DNA of 64,000 bases from Chrysomallon squamiferum (Eukaryota > Animalia > Mollusca). The stretch lies in NCBI GenBank assembly GCA_012295275.1, contig CM022672.1, positions 26,908,001 through 26,972,000 of the forward strand, written 5' to 3'. A program made the translations under genes and the position numbers. Positions 12,552 to 27,905 of this stretch are shown here, piece by piece (within the stretch, counting starts at the first letter, position 1; every line of letters begins with the position of its first letter). Under the pieces are notes generated by a model. That model worked only from the letters and a program-made list of their open reading frames with translations, was not told the DNA's origin and searched no databases.

Positions 12552-14282
12552 GTGTATGTGTCTGCATAAAGAAAGTGGGTAGAGGAGAAAAATAAAATGA
12601 ATTGAATGTACTTTACTGATCATAATTCATTATGCTAGACTTGTATATTCTAAAAATGTCGAAATCTTGAAAAAACTAACATCAAATGAAATGTTCAGTT
12701 TCATGATTACAACGCATATAAGCCAGAATACGCTTCACCTGATAGCAACCAGTGTAGGTAACAGCATACATTTTATGTGTTTTGACAAGAAAAGAAAAAC
12801 CGGAAAATTACGCATTTACTTCTTTTGACACAAGCGCGTTGTGTGTTTTTCTAAACATTTACACCAAGCTGCCATAACGCATAAATTAATATCATGTTTC
12901 TTAACATCAGTAAATATTGGTTTTATCATATTACTTAAAACCAACCCATAAATATAGTATTATATTTCTCAAAATGATCATGTAGTAAGTGGAACGTCGT
13001 ATTTCTCGACAGAAGCAATTAAATGCCTGTTATCAAGTTACTTAAAATTAGCATATAAATGTTATATTACAATAAGGTAAAACATGAAACTATTCAGTAA
13101 TACAAAATTGTAAGTCGTATGCGATTAGCTTGGGTTGATGCACTAAGTAAGGCTACATTGTTCGAAGACTAACACTCGCCTAAGTGTTTTTTGCAACAGC
13201 AGACTAACACTGAAGCTGAAAGCAGTGGAAAAACAGTCCCTTCTTTTCTTTAATACTTTAATGTAGCTCGGTTTCACCTCAGTTTGTTTGTTTGTTTGTT
13301 GTTTTTTTTCAGTCTTCAAGATCTAATGACAGAAGTTTGTTTAACGAACGATGACTCAGTTCGAATGGTTATTCGATTACAAACATTTTTGTATTATGAT
13401 GATGTAAAAGAAAATATGCTGTTTTCACTTCGTAGCTATTGTAATCAGCAATTGTATATGCAAATGTTGCCTTCACGTGGAAATAAACGGATCAAGGCCT
13501 TTATTTTATTTTTATTTTATTTTATTTTTTTTTGAAGTAATGCCTACCCCCGAAAAAAAAATTATAATAGAAAATAAAAAAAGGAAATATTTATGTATTG
13601 TACAAAATTCTATTTTTCGTTTTTCCCAGCTTGTCTTCATGCTGATATTTTACTGCTGTAGTTTAAAAATAGTCGAACAGAAATGATTACCTACACAAAT
13701 CTAGTTTTTTTTTAACAAGTCTTACAATCAGTGCCCGTAAACTGGGACCTCCACGAGAACCTAATTATCTGTAAGTGTGGATTAATGATCTCAGAGGCAG
13801 AATACAATATCATTTAAAACGAAAACAGAAGATGAAAATCATTTAGCATTAACAATAGAGAACCGATAAAGAATACACGTTTGTTAAATAGTAATGATCA
13901 AAGCACGCCCTAAACACGTCCATGCACTTGATGTTCTAACAATTTTAACATAAAACCAGTGATTATTAATGTACATGTATTTTTTTAATCTCTTCTTTCT
14001 TTTTTTAAATTACTTTGTAACAATATTTACTAATAATAAAATACATGTACGCTTTTTGTATTTTATTTTCCACTGATTGCTTTATGTCAATATTTACCAA
14101 TTATAAAATAATTAAATGTTTCTTTTGCCGTGTTTTCAGTATGCTTTAGAAATAACGTTTCTATTATAGACATGCCAGGCAATTAGTTTTGTGTTCGCAG
14201 TTTGCCGACAAAGAACAGGCTAGATGGATCGAAATGCGTTCTAGTAAAAGCTTGTATTAATTAACATTTCGAAACAGTTTGC

Positions 14283-14321
14283 TAAATCATGCTTTAAAAT
14301 TGCTTGTTAAATCATGCTTTA
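14283..14321. repeat. Short direct repeat TAAATCATGCTTTA x2 (25-bp period)
   Basis: Copies at 14283-14296 and 14308-14321. Confidence 0.85.
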
Positions 14322-14434
14322 CATTTTGTCAACGAAAATGAGTTTTGTTCGGACACCAAATTGAGCTTAAATGCATAAATCCAATCTGTTCTGCAGTGCA
14401 ATACATCGTGCGTGATATAATAAATTTCCGTTTC

Positions 14435-14469
<35 letters not shown>

Positions 14470-17400
14470 AGAAAATCGACGTTTTGCTCTTTGTTTTAAA
14501 AGGGTTAATCGTATCCCGTGTTCAATCAAGTTCTCAACATTTTATCACTGTCGGTTTCCTTTCGATTCTGCACTTGACATTTTGCCTTTTATGAAAACGT
14601 TTTCAATTGAATACGTTTATTTTTCCTCAGGGTACAGTAACTCTAGGTAATAAACAAAATTTGCATGTCTCTCAGGTAACCAGTATCAGATTTTTGAAGG
14701 AAACGAGCGCGTTGAACCACACAATCACATACAGATATCTTACGTGCACGTATAGACACAGACATATAACAGCAAATACAATAACAAAATCTGCACAGAT
14801 ACATTTAAACATTAGTACTGCTATATGTTTATAGGCATGTATTAACAAATACATACAATTCACACGTACGTACATACATACTCAGACATAAAAACTAATA
14901 GGCGTGCACATAAAAGTGTGCACACTCATAAACGACTGGCGAGGGGGAGGGAGGGGGCGAGTATTCCCGAACCACTTACATCGGTAATCTGCAAAATCAT
15001 TTGAACCCATATGGAAAAGGAAAAAGAAAAAAAAAAAAAACAAGAAAGAGAAAAGAAAAAAGCATTACAGGAAGAAAAGAACAGAAAATGCATTAACACA
15101 GACGGAATACTCTCGACAATGTCGCCCAACTCTTAAAGGGTTAATAAGAACACTTCATGCCATAACACATGCCGTTTTTCCCAATCTCTTGAAGCAATTG
15201 TTTGTACGACATTACTTTCGACGCCGAGTGGTAACCAAAACCATTTCACGGTCGGCCAAGCAGATAAATTGAAATATGCGGATTGCAATACAGCCGAATT
15301 GTACTCCGTGTGTCGCACAATTAACTTGCTTTCATAAGGCAAAGAGGCTTGTTAATAAATTTCCGCCTTGCAACGAATTATCCCAATGTTTTATTTCGAT
15401 CGGACGTCGGAGGTATTATTATCATTACTTTTCAAGCGTATTGGAAATACGGTTTGCATTACGTAACGCAGATTACTTTGCGACCACTTTGCAACGACAG
15501 TGAGCCGAATTTAACAACGTGAAAGGAGAAATTACATCAGCAAAGTTCTCATTTAAAATGACATATTTACTTAAGATTGGAAAACAGATTAGGTAACACA
15601 AATACTATTAAATATAATTGTCAAAATGATTATATTTTGATTTGGTATTACGTTCTTTCAACTATGTACATACATATTTATTTCCCTCTTTCTCTGTTTC
15701 CCTTCCATGCCACCCATCCCTACACACACAACTTATCAAATACTTCTATTATCAGATCTTCTATTGTATCTTTTAATAATAAAAACAAATAATAATAAAA
15801 TTAACATCAATTATTAAGCACTTCAAAAGCGTAAATTAACATTTTATATTAAATATCTGTTGTTAAATGAAGTAAAATGAGTAACATTATATGAGTTTAT
15901 CTTGCCGTTTCGTTGTAATTAAAAATGTCACACTGAATAATACATTTAATATACCTTGCAGCCCAAGACCATTATTTATTTAATCAATGCCATAAGATAC
16001 AAATAATGTGTTTTTTCTGCAGATATTGAAGCATAATAATTTTGTATACAGAGTTAATATTTTTAAATTATCTAACACCGTAAAAATAGTAGGTTAACCT
16101 GATATCTTGAACCGGATATTAATTTGCAGTTATATTATGTACTTAATTCTGTACAATTCTGTATTCAGGTGTTACAAAATTGTAATTAGCCAGTAGCTAA
16201 CGTCATATATTATATAAATACACACAAGTACGTACATTCTGAAGTTTATCGACACACACTGTATTAGTTACAAAGATTTCCTTATTTACCACAGCATCTG
16301 ACGTTTTATATGTTAGAGATATTACAATATTTCATCATTAGACATTGCAGGAATTGTGTTACAAATATTACAAGAATTTACCGTTAGGCATTACAAACAT
16401 AACAACCAATGTTTAATTCTCAAAGCACCATTTGTTAAACATCAGAGCTTTTGTTTTCTCAAACAATAACTTTAAAAAATGTTCCCCTTTCGGTAGAAAG
16501 ATTTTTTTCTTTCTTACTTTACCAAAAAAAAAGAAAAGGCCAAGAATTGTTTTCAAAAATGTACCGAAAATAATTGCTTTTCTTTTTACCAACGGTAAAA
16601 ATACACGGTTTATTAAGTTACAAATTTTTATTATCTTTTTTTTAAACTGTTTCAGGAAAGCGATATAACGCCTTTAAATAAACCTGTAGTTTATTTACGT
16701 ATGTGCATTAACTTCAGGACCAGTACAAATATATAATTATTACCTTTAAATATTTGTGACCTCTTTGGAATCGGTTGTTAGAATTAGTTTTCAGTATTCA
16801 TGACCCTAATGAACATATTAATTGGGTTTGGCCATTTTAATATTAATGAAGTTAATTAATTTACTGGGCGATATGGACTATTTTAATATTCCTACTGATC
16901 ATCCATGCTAAATATTACAGCACTGAATAAATAATTCATGAAAAGAGATTAAATTTTCTTAATTATGTTAGCGTTCTTTTCAAACAGTTGATTGTTTTGG
17001 TGGGGGGGAAGGAGAAAAAAACAAAAGATACTTTTTTAATGAAACGAACTGTAGTCTTTGGTTAACGACTTCTCAACACGACTTGTTTTTACCTTCGTTT
17101 TTTCTTTTTGTGGGTAGAATTTTTATTCAGTATAAGAAAAGAAACCTTGCTGCCGTCTGTTATACTTCATATTAGCAACGAGCAGCGTTTAATTTAATTA
17201 AACATCATTTCTATATCTTCATACACGTTACACGTATATACATACTCGAGAGGAAAAAGCAGAGGAAGAGGGAGGGAGGAAGGAAGAGAGAGAGAGACTT
17301 TCTTTTGCTGCAGTTTATTAGCTGTAAGTCTTTTGCTGTATTGTTTATTAATACTGTGAAGAGCATGAGATAAAGTTAGTAATCCGAATAAATTGCTAAC

Positions 17401-18462
17401 TTAATTAGTATCTAAATGTTTTAGGACTGAAAACCGACTGACTTCTGTTAAATATATTAAAACAGTGACTTGTATTTCCTTTGCAATTATCTATTCTACC
17501 TTGCTTTATACTGACTTGCTTTGCCTTATCCTGCCCTGCCCCACAAGGTACATTAATACACTACTCAAATTGCCAGTACGTTCGCCAGTTCGAGTTTTTC
17601 GTGGTAATAATGCGTGTGCAAATTTGATTTCCACTATTTGGAAATAACGAGAAGCAGGAAAGTTTAATTTTAAACCGAGCCAGTCTCATGATTGAATTCC
17701 CATGGCGTGCCCCCACTGCGCAAGACACGATTAATTTCGTCTTTGCACAATTAAGGCAGATTGTCAAATTACCCAACGGTAGACGTTTTCTCTGCCGAAG
17801 TTCAACTCTACACAGGCAATTACGGATTGCAACTAACCCCTTTTCCTTATCAGTCGAGATAATCACGATTTTTACCAACTCCCGGCTTCATTAGAGATAA
17901 TTAGAAGAGAAGGAGCTACAAAGAACAGCCGAACACTAATCACCACACAAATTGAACCAAACTGGCCCACATAGAACTTGACATAATTGCTTCTTTTAAT
18001 GAGTTGAAAACAACCTAAAGAAGATCAGGCCGCATCGAAATATTTGCTTTGGAAAATGGCATGGCGATAAAAAGGGAGGCTCTAAATTGGAAAAAGGAAC
18101 CTTTGATGTTATTAAGCGCCGCGAAATGAGATTGGCAGAACTTAGCAAAGAGAAACGGGATGACCTCTTTTCCCCTTAGGGAACGGTTTTCCAGACTTAT
18201 TGTACAGAGCAGTCACGTGATCGCCGATCATGCACGTTTTGCACGGTCTCTTTTTTATTAGCCGTAAGTAGTAATCCATGTAAAATATACACATGGTTAT
18301 GATTTTGTTCTCCCCAAATACTTTTAACTGATAATATTTTTGATAAAAAAAAAAAAAAAAAAAATTATTATAAAGATTATTGGCAACAATAAAATTTCGT
18401 ATGTAAACTTAAGTGTATTAGATACTTAGCATTTCAATTTCGCGAAAAAACGGTCGAAGCAA

Positions 18463-18463
<1 letters not shown>

Positions 18464-18512
<49 letters not shown>

Positions 18513-18540
18513 TAAACAACAACAATAATAATAATAATAA
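18464..18540. repeat. (AAT)n microsatellite, interrupted
   Basis: Directly visible. Confidence 0.93.
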
Positions 18541-18915
18541 AAATAGTAATAATCACATCATCAACAAAAACAACAAATAAATAAACAGTTATTGCACTGC
18601 ACTTAACATTAAATACTGTTTTAAAATTATGCACCGTACAGCGCTTTAGGTAATACAAAGAACAGTGGTATTGCAGTCTGTGTCAGTTTATAAATACGAA
18701 ATAACAAACATGTGTGAACTGATATTAAATAAAATACAGTACAGTATTTTCGTTTATGTTTTTGTAAAGATAAAATCGAATACACATGTGAATTGATGTT
18801 AATTAAAATAAAGTACAATGTGTTTTTGTTGATACTGATAAACAGGTTCTGTTAGATATCGTGTTTCATTTTATGTTTTTATCTTTTTTATTTTATTTTA
18901 TTTTTTTTATTTTTT

Positions 18916-18917
<2 letters not shown>

Positions 18918-18971
<54 letters not shown>
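18918..18971. repeat. Poly-T homopolymer (54 nt)
   Basis: Directly visible; preceded by degenerate TTTTA units. Confidence 0.95.
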
Positions 18972-18975
<4 letters not shown>

Positions 18976-21900
18976 TCTAGGTTGCTTGCATTATAAGCAA
19001 GAGTCGAGCAATGTGGATTCAAGATTGCATCATTAATAAGGATGAGCAATTATAAAAAGCCTTAAAACTGCAATTCCATTCCGTGTAACCGAATACCTTT
19101 AACATCACTGACGTTTCGTTAATTTAACTGTCAAGGAAAATTACCCCGAATGAGCGACTGTTTAGGTATTGGTCCCAGTAATGAAACATCAATCAAGCAA
19201 GCCAATTACAAAGTCTTCCATCTAGCTGCAACAAAAATCTTGAAATTTTCAATTAACCCGCGCACGTTTGGCCGCCAACCAACGACTTATTGTTAAGCTC
19301 TGTTTTAATGAAACGGGGTTAATTTACGTGTAGAGAGCTTAATCCAGCTACAGGCTACAGGCGTAGATGTCCGCCGTTTGTAAACTGTATTGAAACAGCA
19401 TTGAACGGTTCCCCCCCCCACACCCACCACCACCCAACCCGACACTTCTTAGTAATAACTGTTTGGTGGCAAATTAATTAAATTAATCCATGCCTATTCG
19501 CCCAGGCTTCGTCGGCGACAGATGGAAACCTTAATGTGACTACCTCTTCAGTAGTGTAGAGTCCAATTTCTTTTCTTTTCTTTCTTTTTTTTTGATTTCC
19601 CCCATCTTTTTGTGTGTGTACGTGAACCAATCTAGAGTGATTAAGTTAAATTAACTATTGCTGCAAAGCTTTCTTTATGAGAAAAAATTACGAGGTAAAA
19701 GAACAAGGAGTTTGAACACTGTCCTGGAAGCCAATCTTGTACCAGAATTCTAATGGATTTCATTAAAAGAAATGGTTTCCGCATACACACAAGGAGTTTC
19801 TGTAATTGGGTATTAGCCAAACGTTTGCCTTTCTCAAACAGCCTCAGTCGCTTTTTACGAGTTTTTCCAAACGTGAACTTGGTTATGCGTCTCACTTAAC
19901 AAGTTTTGCCAACAGAATAATTCTATTAAAATAAATACCGAATCTTGAAAATGAATTTAACATGAATTTACATTCCTCTTCTTTTATTTATTTTTTATTT
20001 TTGTAAGAATTTTATTTTATTTTATTTTTTTTTATTCTATTTCCATTTCTATTTAAAAAAAAAAAAATCTACCCGAATTTGATGGAAAAGTGTGGTTACT
20101 GGAGAATTTCCGAAAATTACTCAAAATGTAATTTTACTGGGACGTTTTGTGGAGCTTTCGACTTTGCAATCTGCGGTCTGTAAAGCAATTTGGACGTAGT
20201 CTTGCAATCATCCTGCACGCAATCCAATAAATCATTTTTGAGACCAAACATAATTTACTGAATTCCTAAATGAGTTCGATATTTATACAAAAGAATAAAT
20301 ACTTTCGACCTTATGAAGTAAAGATTCTGCTTTAATGGTAAAAGAAATTGTAATCGAATTTCATGAAACTGTTGCTATTAACTAAACATGGGATTTTAAA
20401 CTTCATTATGGATAAAGGTTAAATTATCAGGCTAATAGAATTTAGATAAAACGATATTATAAAACGGTGTATCGGTCGATTAAAAGCCATTTCCTTAAAA
20501 ATTAATTCAGATATAATACATGAAATTAGGTTTTGTTTTCTCTAATTGAGATATATTTTAATGTTTATAAATATAACAATTCAATAAAAAACGTAAATAT
20601 TTAGTATTAATGCATTCATTTTGATAACGCCATTTTAATTGTACACTGTTTATTGAGATTTTTATTTTATCATTAATATGAGTTGGAAGATAAAGGCTCT
20701 TTGAGAGCACACTCTTTGTACGTACTATGGTTTTCAACATGAAGTAAACAATAGCAGAAATAACGGAATGAGATCAGGAAGAGCTATTCAATATTATAAA
20801 CCGTTGCATTTGTGGTTGCCATCATCAGCTTGATCTGCTGTCAAATTTGAAAACGGCTGTGGCGAGTAACGAATGAAGTACGTATGCTAACCGCTGATAA
20901 AACTGTGTCTTGAAACCGCTTGCCCGTCCAACATGAACGGCTGAATTAACGTTCCGCCGTTGTAATGTGCCTATCTTACCAACATCACTGAGCACAATTG
21001 TGTTCGTTAATGTAGCCTATCAGACGTGTCCGCGGAAGACGTTATCGGCCAGCTCACGCCAATGTTAAAAGTAACCACGTTGTGGCATCCAGTCAATTCA
21101 TCATAACACACAGTCGTCATGAAAAGCATTTTATTTACTGTCAAATTAATTTTCTCTTTGCTGAACAGTTGGCAAACAATTTCGGAAAGCAGCAATAAAT
21201 TCCGCTTGTCCACCAGCAGATCCAATTCCGTAGTCACGAACCGCTTGCTGGAAATTGCACTATTTTAATCACTCTTGCAAAAATGAGATAAATTGCAGAA
21301 ATAATTGGCAGGCGTCTGATTGTGCGCGCAAGGCAGAGCTGAAATCTGAGATTGCCGTATGCTTAATGTGTTCGACTGATTTGCAAAAGATCAATGGTTC
21401 GATTCCGCAAGATGGATTTTCATTAACTTTTTTCTTCTTCTTCTTTTCTTTTCATTTGCTGAATAGCCTAGCATCATTTGAACAAAACTTATTGGGTCAT
21501 GTTAACCGTTTTCGTCTACCGGTTTGCTGGTTCGAATCGTAAATGTAATTATAAAATAGCATTATTGCATCTGAAGGTTATAAAATTTATGCAGTCGTAG
21601 GTCTTCGATACAGAACAAAGCATTATTCGTCAGCAGATAACAACAGAGTTGTTGATGTTGAAATTAGTGTAAATCTTTACAGTTTCTCTTTACGTAATAA
21701 TTATAATGAAACTATAATACGAAGGCCTGATAAAAAAAAAAAAAAAACTCACATCAATAGAAAATGAGTTAATTTCTCAGTGATAAATATTTGTCACAAC
21801 TGACCATCACCTTTAACAAAATAATTTTAGGAGTAAAATTTCATATCCAACAATTGTAATAATGATCATTTCAAAAACTACATTCTGTGATTTGAACCAT

Positions 21901-24900
21901 GCAGGTTGCAAGCTTTTCATTTTGATTTAGACTTCCCTCAACCTCTTTCTGTTGAATTTATCATCTCTTTCTCTCCCCCTTCCTCACTGTTTAATCCAGC
22001 AACTAACTCTGGGAGTAATTATGTTTAGCTAATGATGCCTACATGCCAATTTACCTTCTCGTGTCACGCATGTTTCAATTTGGTGTATGTCCAGGGTTAA
22101 TTAGGACGAATATTACACAAGCATGTATTAGCTGGTCTGGTATTAGCAAACACTCTGCCGCAGATGTTCGACTGCAGCGATGACCTGGGAAACTGACGAA
22201 GGCAAACATGGTTTCCATTCCAAGCAAACTCCCGTAATTAAAAGCGTTTACTTTTCCCACAATGTTAATTGGATATCGTTTTTTGGCAACACTGTGTTCC
22301 TTTGTTGGCGTTTGCGGTTGCGTTTGTGAGTTAATAGGCTTTTTTTTTTTTAAATTAATAATAATAAATAATGTATTTAAATAGAAATAAATAACTGGAT
22401 TATAATTATAAATATATTTATGGTATTTATTAGAATAGCAAGGAAAAAATGTAAAAGTAAGTGAGTGAGTAAGAGTGCATGAGAGAGAGAGAGAGTGTAA
22501 AAGATTCATGTGCTTATAAATAAAAAGCTTAAACTAAGATATAATTTCCACAAGACGTGAAAATTTGTGCCTTTCATATAGACAAATTACATTCATATAT
22601 ACATAAACAGCCCTAAATAAGAACATTTTGAGATAGGAGAACAGTTATCTCAGACTGGTTCACTTCAAAGTTAAAATTATCTTCTGTCATTCATTACCGG
22701 CTCTTTTCTTTCGAGACAGTTATTTTTAAAAAAAAAAAAAATTTTTTTTTTTAAATATCCTTGGCATAATAAAACCTTTGTAGTATAAAAATAAACTGCG
22801 GGAACTCGGACATAAAACCACGCGGTCCTACGCCACGGTGCTTTACAGCTGTAGGTCGCACGTATCAAATTTTTTCCATGGCGTCCCATATAAAAGCATA
22901 AACACTTAAAGCCAGGCCGGGCTATAAATCCGCCGATGATAACCGGATAATGGACGGGACCACAAAGAGACATTGTTGTTTCTTCGAGTCGCCGCGGTGC
23001 TCAAGAAGCAGTGTTTCACGGCACTTTCTGCCATCTGTTAAGTTTGATGGAATCTCGGCCTTTGATCTCGCCGACCTCACTGCCGGCAAATTGATGCCCT
23101 ACGATCGATGTGTCGAGTGGGCTCCGCTTTATCATCCTCTATCAAACTCACCGAGTGTTGTCCCCGCGCGGTTAGGGAGCAGGCAGCCGACACACACAGC
23201 TCCACGTGCATGCCATCACACTTCTGCTTCTTGTCGTACGATGGATTCTGGCGCCAAAATCGGCTTGTAAATAATTTTGTTATTCTTTTATTAGTCTAAT
23301 AATTGTGCCTTGAGGGTGGGCAAAAAAAAATAAAAAAATGGTGAAAAGCCAATTTAAACTGCTAATGTAAAAATAAACAACAGTATTATACTGTTATTAT
23401 GTTATTAACCTGTTTGCACGTTGGTTTGGTAACGAGAAAAATGGATAAATTAAGAGGTGCTGAGTAATCTTTAATTTACAACGAGTTGTAATTGGTAAGA
23501 CTTAACAAGTTTTTCTAATAAAAAAATCAACAAAAAAACAACTGAATACTCAAAACCAAAATTTAAAAGGACAACTAAAATGTACATTGGTAAGTCTCAG
23601 TCACACACACACACACACACACATACATACATACTCACAAAAACCACGCTCACACAATATTCAGTATACACATACGCACTCACAAAATCACACATATTTG
23701 CAGGCTCGCATATATGATCGCAGGAAACACTTGATGTACAGGCGGCATCCGAGGGAGAAAAAACAAAAAGTGGAAAACATGTATCATGACGTTTAACATG
23801 TGTTCCTTTTATTTACACAGTTTCGGCTCGTTCTAATGAGCTGGCTAATTGTACCCCACGGGAATTCTGTAACCGGCTGGAGGAACAGGTTTTTGCAATA
23901 AATCTGCGAACGAAAACATCCCAAAGATCTCTGCATCCTCCCTCAAACATCGATACATTGACGAAGCCAACAAGCAAACAAACTGCATGGGATGCCAGAC
24001 GGCTGTTCGAGCATCCGGCCCACAAGAAAACATTTCCTTTGACATACATATGTACCTCCGACTCGGTGCAACATCAAACACATTCGAATGAACGAAGGCT
24101 TTATCTCATTCATTTGTAGTCAGCTTGTTAGTAATACTTGTAATTTCTTATTAGGTTGGTTTTTTTGGCGCCCATCTCTCTTTCTCTCTCAAAACGAGAC
24201 ACGCGCATGCGCACAAATAAACTCCTTTCAAACACTTCTTCTATCACTCTGCTTCTAATGTTTGATGTGTCTTGATAGGATTAATACACAACGTAACTAC
24301 AATCACAGAACAAGATCCAACGATTACTAAATACCCATAATACTCCGCTCCAAAGAACAATTAAACATCAACGTTACAAATAAATCAATGCATTTTGGCT
24401 GTCAAAGGTTTGAAGTGAAAATGTTAATTAAATTAATAGGAAATTGCTAATGTTGCAGTTTTTTTGGGGGGGGGGATTAGATTTGATTGTATGACTGCTG
24501 GTATTTTTAAACTGAGGTTTAGAAGAAAAGTGTGTACTAATGGATGGACCAACTATCGGATGAATGGAATGATAATGAATTAGATGAAATTCAAATAGCA
24601 GGCAGGACGTAGGGAGGGTGTTTAAAACGAAATACCAGTGTCTTCGTGTCTGGACTCTATCAAGTCATACACTAATGGCGAACGTAATTATCTAATTACC
24701 GACAGAGCCGACGCCAGTATTTATATTGCGTCTGCCAATTAGAGAAGAGGGTAAACTGTCTGCTGAATCCTACCCAGCCGTGCCATTTAGAGCCAGATGT
24801 GGCAAGTGTATCGGTTTCAGACAGCTTGCCATCGATATGAATTTTAAAAAAATAAATAAAAACAGAAAAACAAGTTAGATGATGCCATCAAACGACGCTG

Positions 24901-26336
24901 CTAATGGCCGTAAATGCATGCACTTTACACTGAAACGAAATGTGTCCATATCCGAAAACTACTCCGGCGTAGCTTTATTCCGCTGAAATCCGAGCGTCTA
25001 AGATAACTCCCATTCAGATAATGCAGTTATATAAACATCAGCTAAAGTGCCTTTTAGCGGAGCGAATTAGGCAAACGTTTAAATGGAGTCGGCAAATATC
25101 ATGTAGTTTGGCCTGACCTTCCATTAGTGAGTCCACGTAAAAGCTTTTAACCAACAAACGATGATACTTGTCACCTAAGATCACTTCAGTGGAAACCAAG
25201 CTTTGCTAAGAGCGCAGATTTACGATAAACATAACCAAATATGCCCGTGTTTATGTTGCCGATCAAACTAGCTGGATTTTTCTTTTAATAGTGTTATCGC
25301 ACCCACGCGATAATAATGTTTTACTTTTTTTTTTTAAATTTGAAATAAATTTTCTTTAATCTAGTCAAATGGCAAGAAGTTCTTACGTATTCAAACACTT
25401 TCGTTGATAAATTTAACTGCCAATTCCATCAAAACTGTAGATCGTTTTATATCATTATTAAATTTTGTGGAACGCTAAGTAGATTTTTCAGTTTTTATCT
25501 CGATTTATGAAAGCTGTGGCACCCAAACAGAATAAAGTTTTGAAAATTAATTAATTTTTTCACTCTGATTTATTTTATTTATTAATCTTTTATTATTTTT
25601 ATATTTTACTTGATTTTTTAAATTTGTTAATATATAAATATTAATTTTAATACGAAACTTTTTTTTAAAATAAAGTATTATAAACAGTATTTTAATTTAA
25701 TTTTTATAAACATTTTAATTTATGTTTTATTAACAAACGTTTCAAAATACCTCTGCAAAACTATCTGTTTTTCTTTTCTTTTCAAGCTTTCAAAGAAAAA
25801 ACCCGACAAAGATTGACAAAGATATTTATTTAAAAAACCCAATATCAATGGTATCATAAACCCCCTTTCCATGACACGTTTCTATCTTCTAACAGGCTTC
25901 GAGTCAATATCTCAAATTAAAAGAATTCACATTTCACAAAATTTAATCCACTTCTTTAAACGGCTGCCGTGCATGCCTTGGTGCCTTCAATTCCAGCGAA
26001 GATCTTCAGCGCTGCTTCAATCGTCTCGCCGAGCAGAGCGCTTCTCTCCAGTGTTTGATATTCAGGTGATAAATTGAGACGGGCCGTGAACTCGGGACGA
26101 GGGAACATGCCACACTGACAGCAACGGAAACGGAAAGCTATCGTAAAACTTATCCGTTTTGCCCTCTCACCAGAGACCTCATCAACTGACTCAATTCAAA
26201 TGGAAAAACTTGTTATTGTCCTCTCCGTGGTTCGCAACGATAACCCAATCCTTCATTACAAAACTGTTCCAAAACTGTGATCAGCGATCTATTGACTTGC
26301 CAAGCGGAGTCTCGACTCGTTCCATTTGTTTGAGAG

Positions 26337-26371
<35 letters not shown>

Positions 26372-27855
26372 AGAAGAAGAAGAAAACGAAGATGGCTTGT
26401 TTGTCTGAAGAGGGAGGCGAGTAGGCAAAGCAATAGAATGAAAAATAATCAGTCATACTTCCCGAGGTACTCGAAAGATAGGACTGGCAGTGTCAACGTG
26501 TGTGTGACGGTAATGAGTCTTTGTTTCATTGATCGGGGCATGCCATACCGTGGGGTGGCATTCATCAGCAAACAGTTATAAACTTTTATCAAGAAATCTA
26601 TATCTCATAAAAGTGAATTATGGCACGCACCACGATTGATTAATGTCGCCGCGGCGTTTCTACAACTGCCACAGCGATGTGTGTTCCCAGACCCGAGTTA
26701 GGATGACGCTGAAAGCACGGCTAGCTACACTTGAACAATGGACGTCTTTTCTTTTAAGACGAACCGTTGTATTTAGAATAGTTCCAACTTTCATCATATG
26801 ATTATAATGTGACTATATACATGTGAATATATATATATATGCATATATGTGTGTGTATGTGTGACTGTGTGTAAGCATGTATATGTATATATGTACATGT
26901 ATATACAAGAAAAATATTACATTTTGTTTGAAATTCAGTTTAATGGAGAAAAAAAACAACTAACTTTCTAACCGGATTCAAATTTGGTTTTTCATTATAC
27001 ATCCATCTACCTAGATGACAAATTATTTTAATAATAATAAAAGTAAAGATTAAAGCGGTCAAACTTAAGCTCAGTCTAATTAACACGATTACAGTTCTAA
27101 TAAAGGCAGTGACGAGGTTTTCTTTCAAATAAAGGTCAGACTCGTTAAGCAATATAATAATTTCCATACAAACGAAAGGCAATATTTTTTTTTGTTTCCT
27201 GCAGCTATCTGTATTTTATTTTAATCATTAATGTTCTCTAACTGGCAGAAGTATATTATAACCATTATTTATTATTTCAAATAAAGGGAGTTTTATTTAT
27301 TTTTTGATGGCGAAACGATCCACCCACATAGGGCCTTTTGTAATTATAATGAAAGTTTCACTGCTGTGTGTGTTATGACTGGGAGACGGCATCATTATTG
27401 AATGTAGTGGCTAAATCACAACGAATAACGCAGCTAATTTCCAGGTAAAGCCGTACGAAAGGGAAGCCAGTCAACTCTTGTTGATGAGATTGGCAACTAA
27501 TCAGATAGGGTTAGCAATCGTCAGATCAAAGCGAAACAAATTAGACTGCTTCTGTATTAGCCTTGTTATACGTGGCCGCGGATGACACACGCAAGTCAGG
27601 GAACGTGCAGTTTTCTACATGTCTTACTGCACACTGCCAGGCTCCCGCCCTTTCTGCGAGATGGCAGTGCGTTCTAAACAATGTACAGTGTCTGTATTTA
27701 CTGACCCAAGTGTAGCCAGGTTGGGGGGATCCAAAGGTTTCAGATTGCAAACCTCTTCACGGCTAACAAAATACTGGCTACACTATTTAAGTAGCGTGTT
27801 ATGTTACTGCTTTTGTTATTGTTCTTCCTGTTAATAACCCGAAGAAGTAGTCGAC

Positions 27856-27856
<1 letters not shown>

Positions 27857-27904
<48 letters not shown>
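27857..27904. repeat. (TAA)n microsatellite
   Basis: Directly visible. Confidence 0.95.
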
Positions 27905-27905
<1 letters not shown>

